Origin: Cetorhinus maximus
Lineage: Eukaryota
Assembly: GCF_964194155.1 (NCBI RefSeq)
Contig: NC_135909.1
Span: forward strand, 11,284,001-11,348,000
Length of the DNA: 64,000 bases
Reading direction: 5' to 3'
Below the pieces are notes generated by a model. It did not search any database and was not told the origin of the DNA. It saw nothing but the letters and a program-made list of their open reading frames with translations. The position numbers and the translations under genes were made by a program. Numbering within the stretch: the stretch's first letter is position 1; each line of letters opens with the position of its first letter. Positions 39,214-53,380 of this stretch are shown here, piece by piece.

Positions 39214-39375
39214 GGCTCTTAAAAGAGCCTTTGTTGTGTGTTTGGTAGAAAGGGTAAAGTTGTTCAGCCGCCGAATCCATAGAGAGTGCGGCCCTGGCGT
39301 TTCAGAGCGTACACCACATCCATGGCAGTGACCGTTTGGCGCTTGGCGTGTTCAGTGTAGGTGACCGCATCCCTG
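39214..39375 (-). pseudogene. H4: H4 3' half (RDAVTY...GFGG*, 39264-39375) with stem-loop at 39214-39229
   Basis: Translation and GGCTCTTTTAAGAGCC; 5' half absent. Confidence 0.9.
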
Positions 39376-40149
39376 CAATTTCGATCCAAACTCGTTTCTT
39401 TGCTGCTTTGATCGCGCCCTCTCAGTCGAGCGCTGACTTCTTCTCTGTGTTTCCAGTAAAATCATGAAATAAGCGAAAAAATTGCCTTACATTCTCTCTT
39501 CAGGGCTAAGCAGGGGAGCAGCGCGATCCTATGACAGGGAAATCTCGTGATTTTACACAAGAGGGACACGGAAATCTGGCGCTGAGGCCGGACACACAAA
39601 CACAGTGACATTAGTCTAACCCGCCCGCCCCTTTAACACACTCTTGCTGATACAATGTTCACATCTACACACTGACAAGACAAACTGTGTCTCAGATTTA
39701 CAGCTCCCAGGACAGGCTTTCCTCTTCTCTCGGCCTGAGCTGTGGATTCTCGGGAATTCATTGTAGTTTCCCAGCTCAGTAACTGTTAAACTCTCTGAGA
39801 CCGGAGCTGCTCACAGTGTCTGTTCCCCAGGTTCAGGGGACTGCAGCCAATCACAGCTGTGCCTGGGTTAACTTGTAACTGGTTTAAATTATTATCTTGT
39901 TCACAAGCAGAATTATTTTTGATCATTTAAAGATACAGATTGTGTGCACTCAGTCACGAAACAACAGTATCCCGCCTTCATGTGGAGTTCAAGAGAGAGG
40001 GGGTGGAGGGATTGACAGAGACAGAGTGAGTGAGGGCGGTGAGACTCAGGTAATGCAACAGTTGCAAAAATCCGAGTAAACTCTGGTTTTACCCAGAAAG
40101 ATTCTCATGGAGAGGAAGAACCTGCATTCTCAGATCTTAATGATATTGT

Positions 40150-41200
40150 AACAGAGACATATTATTAATCCCACACGCAGGAACAGTTTTGCATTTTGAC
40201 AGTAAAGAGGCAGTATAAACATAATAGTCCAGTTCTAAAAATTGTGCAAGGTCAGAGGGACTGAGAGTCTTTAGATCATTGAAGGAGACAGGAGATTTTG
40301 AGGGTGTAGTTTGGAAAGCAGATGGGATCTTTGCTTTAATCAACAGAGGTACTGAGCATAAAAACAGGAACATTATGTTTAACCTTTCTAAAGCTCTGGT
40401 TGGACTGCAACTACAATATTGCATCCATTTCTGGTCACCACACTTTTGGAAGGATGTGAGAGTCTTTGAGAGGGTGCAAAGTAGATTTACCAGAATAGTT
40501 CCAGGCATGAGGGATTACAGTTGCAAGGTTTGTTTGCGGAATCTGGAGCAGCTCTCCTTGAAGCAACCGAGATTGAGGGTTGGTCTGAGTGAGGTGTACA
40601 AGATTATTACAGGTTGAGATCAGGTAGACAAAGGAAACCTGTTCCCATTCTTCCCTGGCCACGGGGGAGGTGCCAGATGACTGGAGAACAGCTAATGTGG
40701 TTCCTCTATTTAAGAAAGGTTGTAGAGATAAGCCAGGGAACTGCAGGCCAGTATGTCTCACGTCATGGTTAGGGAAACTATTGGAGAAAATTCTGAAGGA
40801 GAAAATCTATCTCCACTTGGAGAGGAAAGTTTTGATCAGGGATGATCAGCATGGCTTTGTCAGAGGGAGGTCATGCCTAACAAATTTGTTTGAATTTTTG
40901 AGGAGGTGACCAGGTGTGTAGATGAGTGAAGTGCAGTTGATATAGTTTTTATGGATTTCAGCAAAGCCTTTGACAAGGTACCACATGGGAGACTTATAAA
41001 GAAGGCAAATACAAATGGGACACAGGGTAATTTGATAAGGTGGATTCAAAATTGGCTTCGTTGTAGGAGACAGGGTGATGACAGAAGGCTGCATTAGTGA
41101 TTGCAAGCCAGTGTCCAGTAGCACACCACAGGGATCTGTGCTGGGTCCCCTATTATTCATCATTTATGTAAACAACATAGATGACTATGTGGGCGGTAGG
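40150..41200 (+). mobile_element. Two juxtaposed CR1 ORF2 fragments
   Basis: QYCIHFWSPHFWKDV..ERVQSRFTR; PDDWRTANVVPLFKKG..PGNCRPV..QHGFVRGRSCLTNL; DFSKAFDKV; PQGSVLGPLLFIIYVN. Confidence 0.9.
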
Positions 41201-41559
41201 ACTAGTAACCATCCTCTGTTAATTACTTTCCCACTAATAGAAATATTTGCTGCCACTCACTAACTTATCTGATTTATCATTTCAGTTTGCAGGCATTAAC
41301 ATTGGAGTCCCGCTTCCTGTAAACACTTCAATCGGCAACAATTATCTCAAATTGCATTTATTCACACAAGAACACGAGCTGCAATTGCTGCAAACACACA
41401 CCAGTGGAGACCAGCCCATTTCTCACAAAGAGCGGGCACAGTCTGAATGTTCTTTTCTCGTTCACTATCACTCCATCATTACCTGAATATGAAATTCTGG
41501 GATGGAAAATAGAGTGAAGTTGATATTTATTCGGCACTTTCTCCCGCGTTGCAGTTTAT

Positions 41560-42100
41560 GCTAAAATGGCAGACAGAATTCCCAGAATGCTCTGGGTGAT
41601 TTCAAACGGTCTTTCTCGATCAGAATGGCCGCACTGCGCAAGCGCACCAAGTCGTCAACGGAAATCCTGTCGACGCCGCGCATGCGCAAGGAGCTTGGTC
41701 GAGCGCAGCCTTAGTAACACCGACTCTCAGCGGCACTCAGAGCCCGAATGAAAGCCGCTGGGTCCGGCGGAGGTGCGGCGGGGGACCCGGGGGACGGCAT
41801 TAGATCCCCTGCTCTTCCTGATATATATTGTTGACCGACTGCTTGGTGTATGGGACACCATTTCAAAATTTGCGGATGACATGAAACTTGGAGGTATTGT
41901 GAACTGTGAGGAGGATAGTGTTAAACTTCAAAAGGACAGAAGCATATTGGTGAAATGGGCCGATAAGTTCGACCTCAGAATGACCCGGGGCCGGCCCTGG
42001 GGAGCATGCGCACTCTCAATGCCGGGGAAGTCAGTGCATTTGATAGAGCCGTTTCTGGGATGCAGGGAATTGTGGGAACTGCAGTCACCATGGGCAGATG
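41560..42100. promoter_or_regulatory. CpG island with ZNF143-like and NRF1 motifs, interrupted by a CR1 RT fragment (~41790-41970)
   Basis: acagaattcccagaatgc, GCGCATGCGC at ~41678, gggaattgtgggaactgcagt; CR1 PLLFLIYI..SKFADDMKLGG. Confidence 0.55.
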
Positions 42101-42479
42101 TTAGTAAGTGTTTTATTGCAGGTTGATTGTCAGTAACTTGAAATGTGAACGTTTCTTTCTGCACATTTGCTGTCTGATGTGTTGTGTATTTCCAGCATTT
42201 TCTCTCTTTATTTCAGATTGCCACTATCCACGTGATGTTGTCAGTGAATTGTTGCAGGTGTTGCTCACAAAACCAAGGTCAGAAACTCAAACTGACAAAT
42301 GAAGAACACTTTTGAATCAGAATGGATGTTGGACGTGGAAGTCGATCCTCGCTTACTTTGAAGGTATGTTCTTGTTGGCTGTTTTAGAACTGGAGAGTAG
42401 AGAGAGGAGAAGGTGGTGGGTTTAACTGCGAGCACTTTTGAGAACAGTAGGGCCCAAGCATTTCTGATATAAGGTCATT

Positions 42480-43395
42480 TACTGTTTCTTGTATAGTAAC
42501 AGAGACTGACAGGAAGTAAATTTCACATTCACATGTAACAGCAGAGAGTGACAGATGGTGTTAATTCCACCCACACTCATATATTGTAAGAGAGATTGAC
42601 GGAAAGTTAATTCATCGAATCATAGAATGATTACAGCACAGACAGAGGCCATTCTGCCCATTATAGTCTATGCTGGCCTTCTGAAGGAGCAAATCACCTC
42701 TTGCCACTTCACCGCCTTTTCCACATAGCCCTGCACATTTTTCCTTTTTGGATAATAATCCAATTCTCTCTTGAATTCCTTAATTGAACCTGCCTCTACT
42801 ACATTCTCAGGCACAATAACAGAGACTGACTGATAGAGAGTTAATTCCACACACTCAGTAACAGAGCCTGACAAATTGTTTGTTTATTCCTCACTCACAC
42901 ACAGTAACACAGACAGACAAATATGAGAGTGTGGAACTAACTCTCTTAATTTCTCTCAGCCTCTGTTGTTGTAAGTTAATTCCTCACTGAAATATTAATG
43001 GAAATTGAGAGGTCTTAACTCCACTCTCAGATGTCAGAACAAAGACTGAAAAAGAGAATTCCACACTCATAGCAACCAAGACTGAGCGATAGAGAAAATT
43101 CCACACTCACATACCGTAATAGAGACTGACATGAGTTAATTCCATATTCTAATACACCTAGAGGCTGACAAAGAGTGAATTCCACACTCATATACAGTAT
43201 CATAGGCTGCTCGAGAGATAGTTCCACTCTCAACCGTAACAGAGACTGACAGAGATGTAAATTACACACTCAGATTCAGTAAGTGATGGACAGAGAATCA
43301 ATTCCACACTCACATGCAGATAAGGCTGAGTTAATTTCACGCTGAAATTCAGCAGAAGAGACTAACAGACAGAGGGTCAATCCCACACTGACAAA
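42480..43395 (-). repeat. Degenerate ~40-44-bp repeat array containing a CR1 3' end (~42620-42815, minus)
   Basis: agagactgacag...ttaattccacactcac units; CR1 VVEAGSIKEFKRELD. Confidence 0.7.
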
Positions 43396-43399
43396 TTAA

Positions 43400-45770
43400 A
43401 AATATAAGAAAGAGAAGCAGGAGGAGGCCATTCAGCCCATCGGGCCAGCTTCACCATTCAATAAGACCATGGCTGATCTGATTGTGGCCTCAAACCCACT
43501 CTCCCACCTGCCCTATAACCCTTGACTCTCCTGCCGATGAAAAATCTGTCTAACTCAGCATGAATATATGCAATGACCCAGCCTCCACTGCTCTCTGAGG
43601 TGGAGAATTACAAAGATTAAGGACGCTCTGAGAGAAGAAATTCCTTCCCATTTTTGTCTTAAATGGGAGATGTTTATTTTTAAACTGTGCCCTTTGGTTC
43701 TATTTTCCCCACAAATGGAAACATCCCTCTCCATATCTACCCTGTCAAACCCCCTCAGAATCTTAGTTGTTTCAATGAGATCACCTCTCATTCTTCGAAT
43801 CTCCTATGCAAATCAGCCCAACCTGCTTAAACATTCCTCTTGAGACAACTCCTTCATCTCAGGAGTCTGTCTAATCAAACTTCTCTGAAGTGCCCCTATG
43901 CAGTTATATCCCTCTTTAAATAAGGAGACTCCAACATAACACAGGACTCTCGGTGTAGTCTCACCAATGCTGTGTAGCTGTAGCAAGACGTCCCTACTTT
44001 CAGACTCCCCCCCACCCCCCAACTTGGAATAAAGGCCAACATTTCATTTGCCTTCCTAATTACTCGCTGCAGCTGCACATTAACTTCTTGTGATTCATGT
44101 ACCAGGAGATCTTGATCCCTCTGTACTGCAACATTCTGCAGTCTCTCTCCACAGTATTGAAGGAGGCCATTCAGCCTGTCTAGTCTGCATTGGCTCTCTG
44201 AAAGAGCTTTCTACCCAATCCCACTCTCGTCCCTTGTCCCCGTAACCTTGCACGTTCTTTTCTTTCAGGTAGCAATTGAATTCCCTTTTGAATATCTCAA
44301 GCAAATCTGCCTCCACCACCCTTTGAGGACATTTGTTCCAGACTCCAACCTCCCTCTGGGTGAAAAAAAAATTAAATTTTAAATTAAACGTTATGAGTCT
44401 ATCTCACATCACATTTAATCCTTTTGCCAATTATTTTGAGTCTGTGCCTTCTAGTTCTTAGTGTTCTATTGAGTGGGAACAATTTCTCATTATTTACCAT
44501 GTCCATACCCCTCTGGATTTTGAATACATCTATCAAGTCTCCTTTCAGCCGCCTTTTCTCCAGGGAAAACAATCCCAACCTCTCCCATGTAACCCCATAG
44601 CTACGATTCTTTATAGAATTATAGAAACATTATGGCACAGAAAGAGGCCTTTTGGCCCATCATATCTACACTAGCCAAAAAATAAGCTACACAGCCTAAT
44701 CCCACTTTCCAGCATTAAGTCCGAAGCCCTGTAGGTTACTGCACTTCAGGTGCTGATCCAGACACCTTTTAAATTAGCTGAGGGTTTCTGCCTCTTCTAC
44801 CCTTTCAGGCAGTGAGTTCCAGAGCCCCACAGCCCCCTGGGCGAAAAACATTTTCTTCATCGCCCCTCGATTCTTTCCAATCACTTTAAGCTTTTGCCGC
44901 CAATCACTGACATCTCTGCTAAAGTAAATAGGCCCTTCCCATCAACTCTATCCAGGCCCCTCACAATTTTGTGCATCTCAATCAAATCTTCCCTTTGCTT
45001 CCTTTGTTCCAAGGAGAACAACCCCAATCCATCCAATCTTTCCTCATAATTGCGATTTTCCAGTCCTGGCAACACCCTCATAGATCTCTGGACTCTCTCT
45101 ACTACAATTGGATCCTTTCCGCAATGAGTTGACCAGAACTGCACACTACTCAAGTTGTGGCCTAACTAATGTTTTACGTAGTTTCAGCATAACCTCCCTG
45201 CTTTCATATTCTATGCCTCAGCTAATAAGTGAAAGGATTCCATATACCATCTTAACCACCTTATGAACCTGTCCTGCTACCTTCAGGGATCTGTGGACAC
45301 TCACTTCAAGATCCCTCACTTCCTCTACACCTCTCAGTATCCTCCCATGTATTGTGACCTTACATGGGACTCCAGACCCACAGCAATGTGGTTGATTGTT
45401 AAATGCCCTCTGAACAATGGCAATTAGGGATGGGCAATAAATGCTAGCCTAGCCAGTGACGCCCACATCCCATGAATGAATAAAAAAAAAGTCACTTCAC
45501 TGGGTTGAATTCCATTTGCCATTTTTCTGCCCACCTGATCAGTTCATTGATATCTTCCTGCAGTCTACAGAAATCCTCCTCGCTATCAACTGCTCAGCCA
45601 ATTTTTGTATTGCCTGCAAACTTCTTGATCATTCCCCCTACATTTATATCCAAGTCATTTATCTTGGAATCATTCTTGTGAATCTCCTCTGTACTGTCTC
45701 CAATGCCTTCACATCCTTGCTTAAGAATGACATCCAGATCCGACACAGACACTATTATCAATTCAGTTCC
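43400..45770 (-). mobile_element. Nested or tandem CR1 3' fragments, with a SINE tail at ~45355-45490
   Basis: MRGDLIET.KILRGFDRVD; LGLFSLEQRKQREDLIEMHKIVRGLDRVD; INDLD..IKKFA. Confidence 0.85.
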
Positions 45771-46225
45771 TGGCACCAAACTTTTGGAAATTTGGGAAGG
45801 TTTTAGAGACTGTGCAGAAAAGCTTTATAATAATGGTTGTGAGGATGAAGGGCTTTAGTTACATGGGTAGATTGGGGGAGCTGTGGTTACAAGGTGTCCA
45901 AGGCAGAGTAGATAGCGAGAAACTTGTCCTGTTGGCAGAAGGCACAGATTTAAAGTGTTTGGCAAAACAACCAATGGTGACATGAGGAAAACTATTTTTA
46001 CACAGTGAGTCATTAGGATCTGCAATTCACTGCTTGAGAGTGTAGAAGAGACATGGTAAACTCGGCGTTGTCAAAGGCGAATTGGATACAAACCTGAAGA
46101 GAAAAGAGTTGCCACGTTATGGTGATAGGGCTGGGGATCAGGACCAGTTGAGTTTCCCTGGCAGAGAACCAGCAGAGACACGAAGGCCCGAATGGGTTTT
46201 CTCTGTGGTGTAACTATTCTAAGAT
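45745..46225 (+). mobile_element. CR1 3' fragment
   Basis: QFSSWH..., ttttacacagtgagtc..gatctgcaattcactgc; 3' UTR shared with the 5780-5870 end. Confidence 0.7.
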
Positions 46226-49200
46226 TCCATGTGTATAAGTGCCGGATTCATTCTGTATCGCTCTGTCCCTGGTAAAGGATTTGAGTGTCTGATTCATGAT
46301 GTATTTGTCAGCCTCTGGGGATGTCTGATTCATTCTGCATTGCTCTCTCAGGAAAACTATGTGAGTGCGGGATTCATTATTTATTTGTCAGTCTCTGGAG
46401 ATGTGTGTGAGTGTAGGATTCACTCTGCATTGCTCTGTCTCTGGTGCACTATGTGAGTGCAGGATTCATTACGTATCTATGAGTATCTGAGGCACTTTGA
46501 AAATCAGTATTCATTCTACCAAGAATAAGCTTCATTGGGCCATTTGGACACATTGGTACATTATTGCTAACATCTTCAACCCAGTTTACTTTATGTAATA
46601 TTACCTTTTTACCGTGAATTCTATTCCCTCTCCTATGCTTATCTTGCTTTCCCTGAAATACAGCTGTTCTAATCGACTTGACTGCTCAATATGACAGCCA
46701 GTTCCAAATTCTACCGACTCAGTGGGAAAACAAGGTAATATCGAATTCTCTTTGAATTGATTGTTGACACCTCTATGTCCACCCTATCACATCCCATCAC
46801 TAATTCCTCATATTGAGCTGTTTCTGCAACACACACAGTTAATGTCATTTTATCAAAATCCTGGAACTCCCTCCCTCACAGCATTGTGGGTCCACCTACA
46901 CCACAGGGCCTGCAGCGGTCCAAGAAGGCAGCTCACCACCACCTTCTCAAGGTCACTTTGGAATGGACAATAAATGCTGGCCGAGCCAGCGAATCTCATA
47001 TCCATTGAATTAATAAAAAAGTTCAGCTCTGTTCCACTTCTCAGCTCTGGCCAGTAGATGTCAGCACACTCAGAGAGTGACAGAACAGACAAGAACCGTT
47101 CACATTTTATTGGACGGCGAAGGGAGGTATTTGGAATTACTAACGGTGGAGATGACATTTCATACTATTTTGTTATACCAAGCAGAAGTTATAATGTTGT
47201 GCTGAAACCGTCAGATTGTTGTTTTGTATTTGCGAGTGTGATACATTCTTCACTGCCCTTTTCTGGCCCATTTTGTGAACGTGGGATTTATTATCTATGT
47301 CACTGTGTGAAACTGAGAGACATTCTGAACCTGTCAGTCTTGGTTACTGTATGTGAGTGTGGAGACATTGTCAGTGGAACTGCCAATGTGTTTGGATTTA
47401 TTCTGTAACAGTCGCTCTCTTGTACATTATATTTGTGTTATATTCCATTCCTATCTTTCATTTTCTGATACTGAGAGAGGTGGGTTACATTCTGAAACTG
47501 TCAGTGGAACTGTATGTGTGGAAGAATTTAGCTCTATCAGTCAGCTTCTGCTACTGAAAGTGAGTGCTGCAGTCATTCTGTGTCTGTCATTCTCCAGTAG
47601 AATATCCCTGTGTCATATTCAGAAGGCACATTGCATTATCTGGTACTGTATGAGCGTTGGGACACTTTTTAAAGTAGAACTGTAGGTGTGCAAGTGTTTT
47701 GTTCTCAATCAGTTTCTGGTAATGCAAATGAGTTTGAGACTCATTCTGAATCTCTTAATGGTGTGTGTGTGTGTGTGTTTAATCCTATCAGTCAGTATTA
47801 CTGTATGTGAACGTGGAAATCATTCTGAATTTGAAGTCTTTGGTGCCCTTTTTTTATTCATTCATGGGGTGTTAGCTTCACTGGCTGGGCCAGCAGTTAT
47901 TGTCCATCCTTAGTTGCCCTTGAGAAGGTGGTGGTGAGCTACCTTCTTCAACCTCTGCAGTGCATGTGGTGTAGGCACATCCCCAGCACTATTCGGAAGG
48001 GAGTTCCAGGATTTTGACCCAGTGACAGTGAATTTACAGTGATATATTTCCAAGTCAGGATTTTGAGTGTAGTATCCATTCTGTATCTATTACATACACG
48101 GCAGACTCTCGTAACGTGTGTGAGCGTAGGATTCAATACAGATCGGTCAATGGCACTCTGTATCTGTGATATTGTAAAATAAGTATGGGAATCATATGTT
48201 TCTTTCATCACTTGGTTTTGTTTGTGTGCATGAGAATCATTCTGTATCTGTCAGTGGGATTAATTTTACAACAGTCAATCTTTGGTATTATAAAACATTG
48301 TGAGATTCAATTGGAGTTTTCCAATCATTGGTATTGTATGTGAAAGTAAAATTTACAGTGTGTGTGTTAGTGTGTGGTCTTCCATTTGTATCCATCAGCA
48401 TCTGTTACTCTATATAATTCTTGGACTCTTTCTAAATCTCTCAGTGGTACAATTGTTGTGTTATATTTCTTTAGTATCACTCAGATTCAGCTATTGTGAG
48501 TGAGTGCAGTGACCAGCCTGTATCTTTCAGCATCCGGCACTGAAAATGTGCTTGAGAATTATTCTCTGCTTCTGTGTGAGTGTGGGATTCATTATATAAC
48601 CTTCAGTCTCTGGGACTAATTATAAGTTTGGATTCATTCCACATACATTTCCAGCAGAACAACAGGCCACTGATATGGTAGGTTTAAAGCAAACAATGTG
48701 TGTGTCAGTTTTGGCTGAGTATTAAATCTCTGTCACTGTGAACACAGTTGTGAAAGATAATGTATCCTTCAATCTGATCCTGGATTGGTCCGCAAGTGTA
48801 ACTCCAGCTTGTACGAAACGATTTGATATGTGGCATTCAGTCTGATTCTGAGTCAGAATTTCCACACAAATGCAAAATGGAGCTCAGTCCTGAATTGGTA
48901 AAGTATCTTTAATTTGACACTGTGTGAGGATTTAGAATTAGTTTGGAGTTTATAGCTCAATTCATACTCATCAAATTAATATTGTATCTCAGTTTCTTAA
49001 TCAGGGTGAGTTTTAACTAAAGTCTGAGTTTGTATCTCAGGTTATACTCGCTTTCAGAATATGTCAAACTGATAATGTAATTGAGATTTGGATTTGCATC
49101 TAATGTATGTGTCAGGACACAATGTGGGAATTAATACTGCAATTTATAAACAAATGATGGGTGTAAATATTGGACCAGTGCTTAACATGAATCTCAATGT

Positions 49201-50139
49201 ACATTATTAAGGTTAAGACTGGAAACTTGAAACTGGAAACATGCATCAGTTTTATTTGACATTTAGTTTGCAGCTGAGGCTGAAATATTATGGGATTTGC
49301 CTGGTGCAAATTGGATCATGGGTGAGAATTTGGACTACCCTCCTGTGGTACTGAGTCGAGGTAACATTGGAACAACGTCTATCTCTCCTGCACTGTTTGA
49401 TTGATGGATGGAAAGTGTGACTCTGGAACTATTTCTGCTGTCTGAGACTGTGAAATTGATGACCTGTCTGTGTCTCTGCGCTCTGTCAGTGATAATGTAC
49501 GGACTGTGTGGGAGGAGCTGGCGGGAATCTTCATTCTAGCTTGGCTGGAGGAAACACCACATTTATTCTGGTTCCGTCAATTATTTGCCTGTTGGAAAAA
49601 AAAGTATATTTTAGGACTCAAGTACAGGTGGGGTGGAAGATACAGATTCCATCAGTTTAACCTCTATAAATAATCATTGTGCATGGTTTGAGAGGCTTTA
49701 GACAGGCTCTAGCTCTGATTGGTCAGTCCATTCTCAATCCAAATCTTCAACCAATCGGAGAGCCAGGTAACAGGAATTGGAAGTGCCGATTGGTTTATAT
49801 TTTCAAACTCAAAGCCCGCCAATTTGAGGGGAAGAAAAGAGCCAAACGCCTTAATTTCCAGGCAATTTTAATCTCACACTTTAGGAGCTGTAATATTGCA
49901 TTCTGCGTTACAGAATCCTGGCGGTATTTTAGGAACAGGGTAAATTTGTCAATCTCTTATCTGGAACTGGTGATAACAAAGCAGCGATTTAAAACAGAGC
50001 CAATCTCAGCTCACTGGAAACGCAATAACATAGGTTACCAACCGACTCCTTCACACAGGCTTCATCGGGACAGAGAGAAACGGCTGATTTCTGATCCTGT
50101 CCCCTGAAAGCGGCCGGGAATGTTACAATCGGAAGAGCG

Positions 50140-50290
50140 GAGCGCTCCAGCAGCCACACGCTCAGCATAGCTGCTCTTTCTCAGGAGCCTGTGAACAGGG
50201 CCCGCGGGGAGCTGCAGTCCAGCCCGGGAGGAGCGAGACTTGGCTTTGGCTTTGTCCTGGGCTCTACCGCCGGTCTTTCTACAATCTTAC
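50140..50290 (-). pseudogene. H2A 5' fragment, copy 3
   Basis: Paralog of 8100-8245. Confidence 0.85.
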
Positions 50291-50870
50291 ACACACTTAC
50301 ACCACGAATGAAGAATTCCTCTCGCACTCACCCTTCCCCTATCTTCTGAAAGGTCAGTGTTCGGAATCTCATTGGGTGGCTTTTTTAACCAATCAGAGAG
50401 CAGCTTATTTCACTAACCAACAAACACCAAAAAGAAAAAAACAAAAAACGGAAGATGGTGGAAATCTAGACAAAAATAAAAATACCTGGATAAACTCAGC
50501 AGGTCTGACAGCATCTGCGGAGGGGAATCTATTGAACCGTGACATGAATAAAACCCATACAGTTCATAATGTTTGTGTGAGAGACCCGGAACTGTCGGCA
50601 TTCACGGTGATTTCGTCCATCAATAGCTTTCTACCCGTCTGTTATGAACAGATCAGGTAAGGAATCCGAATTGAAAACGGGTTGTAAGGTATGTCGGGCT
50701 GTCTTTTGCAGCGAAGCTAGTATTTTTAACGAAAATGCTGGAAAAACTCAGCAGGTCTGGCAGCATCTGTGTGGGGACAGAGTTACCGTTTCGAATGGGC
50801 ATGACGCTTCTTCAGAGCCAGAATGAAATGAGTTCACACAGTGAGCAGCCCTATCACAGACTCTGTGAGT

Positions 50871-50886
50871 GGCTCTGAAAAGAGCC
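50871..50886 (-). terminator. Histone 3' stem-loop (H2A)
   Basis: GGCTCTTTTCAGAGCC. Confidence 0.9.
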
Positions 50887-50916
50887 TTTGGGTTATGAGA
50901 TTAAAGAATGGCCGCT

Positions 50917-51451
<535 letters not shown>

Positions 51452-52553
51452 CAATCTCACACTTTCACAGAGAATGAGGAAATCCTCTCACATTCGCTTC
51501 TCTTACAGCTTCGGGAGGAATGGTGCTGCGGGCATTGCTGATTGGTCACTTTGTGGCGCGTCTTTGTTCATATCACCAATCAGATATCTACTGAACTCAC
51601 CAATCCGGAGACTCACGGAGTGAGGGCGGAAAATACCGGCGCCAAATTTCAACCGATTTTTTTTCAAATTTTCAAAGCCCGCCAAATTTGTAAAAAGCGG
51701 ACAGAACATAGTGTTAATTGGAAATAGGTAATTCAGTATTTAAATTACGAATGTTAGATTTACTTAATCTCGCTCTCCCTTTCTCTATTCTACGGTTGAT
51801 CTGTATTTGTCTGTTTCTGATTTTCAGTCTGGGTTTATCTGAACCTGAAAACCAGCCGAAAATAACAGCTCCAAATTTACGCTTTTCGACATCGAAAAGG
51901 CGGCCGATAGATTTATAAAACAAGAAATACGTTTCATGTAGAAAGTCTTATGTAGAGAGTGAACTCGACCTGACGACAAAGTTTTAAAATTCCCCGTCCC
52001 TGATGGGACTATTTCACATTTTATCCCAAATTCCAGATTCGCTTTTGTAAAATGGGATCTATTCGGGGTTAATTTCCATCTTTTATGAAACCCTTTAACC
52101 AGCCGGCAAAGTCTCATTGACATCGTTCTACAAACGGACGGTATATTGTAGATATTCGAGAGAGTCAAAAGCGAACATGTCTGGTGTAAATTTGCCAGCG
52201 TTGAGACTGAAGGTTCCGACACAACCGGGGCTGATAGGAAATGAACTGATCGATTATTGAGACCAAACTTGACCAGAACTGGAAACTGACGCATTTGCGT
52301 TTTATTCTCTCTCCAAAGCCGGGGAAAGGGGCCGAATATAAACGCGGCTGAGAACAAAGCGCAGAGGGTGAGCGGGCAGACATTCATTTATGTTGCATTA
52401 TTATCAGGACATAAGAATTGAGCGAGTGATAAATCTACATCAGTCCGAATATGAGGGAAATAACATGAAAATAACATAGTTCGAAATGTTCAAATTTAAA
52501 ACATGACAAAGTAAAAATTGAGGTGAAATAGCTTTTTCAGAGAGATTGTGGGT

Positions 52554-52569
52554 GGCTCTTAAAAGAGCC
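52554..52569 (-). terminator. Histone 3' stem-loop (H2B)
   Basis: GGCTCTTTTAAGAGCC. Confidence 0.9.
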
Positions 52570-52608
52570 GTTGTGTTTTCAAAGTGTTTTTCAGTCCGTT
52601 CTGGGGTT

Positions 52609-53133
52609 TTACTTGGAGCTGGTGTACTTGGTCACCGCCTTTGTCCCTTCCGACACGGCGTGCTTGGCCAGTTCCCCGGGCAGCAGCAGGCGCACGGCGG
52701 TCTGGATCTCCCGGGAGCTGATGGTGCTGCGCTTGTTGTAATGGGCCAGGCGGGAAGCCTCACCTGCGATGCGCTCGAAAATATCGCTCACGAACGAGTT
52801 CATGATGCTCATGGCCTTGGAGGAGATGCCGGTGTCGGGGTGAACTTGCTTCATCACTTTGTAGATGTAGATGGCGTAACTCTCCTTCCTCGACTTTCGC
52901 CGCTTCTTGCCGCCCTTTGCTACCGGTTTCTTTAAGGCTTTCTTGGCTCCCTTTTTGGGAGCTGGTTTCTTCGAGTTATCAACAGTCACAGATTGCAACT
53001 CTTTCGAGTACAATCACAGTTCTTGGTTTCCGGGAGTGGGATATGAACCCACAACCCTCTGATTCAAAGGCGAGGGTGCTATGAACTGAGCCACAGCTGA
53101 CACTTTGGGAGCTGGTTTCTTCTCATCAACCAT
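52609..53133 (-). pseudogene. H2B: Histone H2B interrupted by a SINE after codon 10
   Basis: ATG at 53131-53133 (MVDEKKPAPK), insertion, then [11 protein letters not shown]...KYTSSK. Confidence 0.9.
52973..53103 (-). mobile_element. 131-bp tRNA-derived SINE with 19-bp TSD
   Basis: A/B-box head GTGGCTCAGTTCATAGC...GGTTCATATCCC; TSD tttgggagctggtttcttc at 52954-52972 and 53104-53122. Confidence 0.85.
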
Positions 53134-53380
53134 CGTCACTTTCAAACAAAGAATAAAACAAATCCCTTCCGAGCGCCGATTAAATAGATAGTCTGACAGA
53201 CGACCTATGTAAATGAAGGATTGGAGAACCGTGATTCTGATTGGACCATTTTTTTAAACTATGACAGCTCCTTCTCTCGTATTTTTCTGATTGGTGTCTT
53301 TAATTATCCAATCAGATTTCGACTTCTCCACCAATTATTCGCCCATTTCCTGAAACCAGGCAACACATTCTACAAAGCGT

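Noticed and set aside
39370-39390. ttgcag|G at the H4 breakpoint as a splice acceptor (intron-containing H4)
   Set aside because: No polypyrimidine tract and no upstream H4 exon found
39590-39640. AAACACA plus GC box as an H1 promoter
   Set aside because: No H1 coding sequence anywhere in the window; the motif is too short
53030-53100. tRNA-like sequence upstream of the H2B ORF
   Set aside because: It is the head of a TSD-flanked SINE and does not form a full cloverleaf
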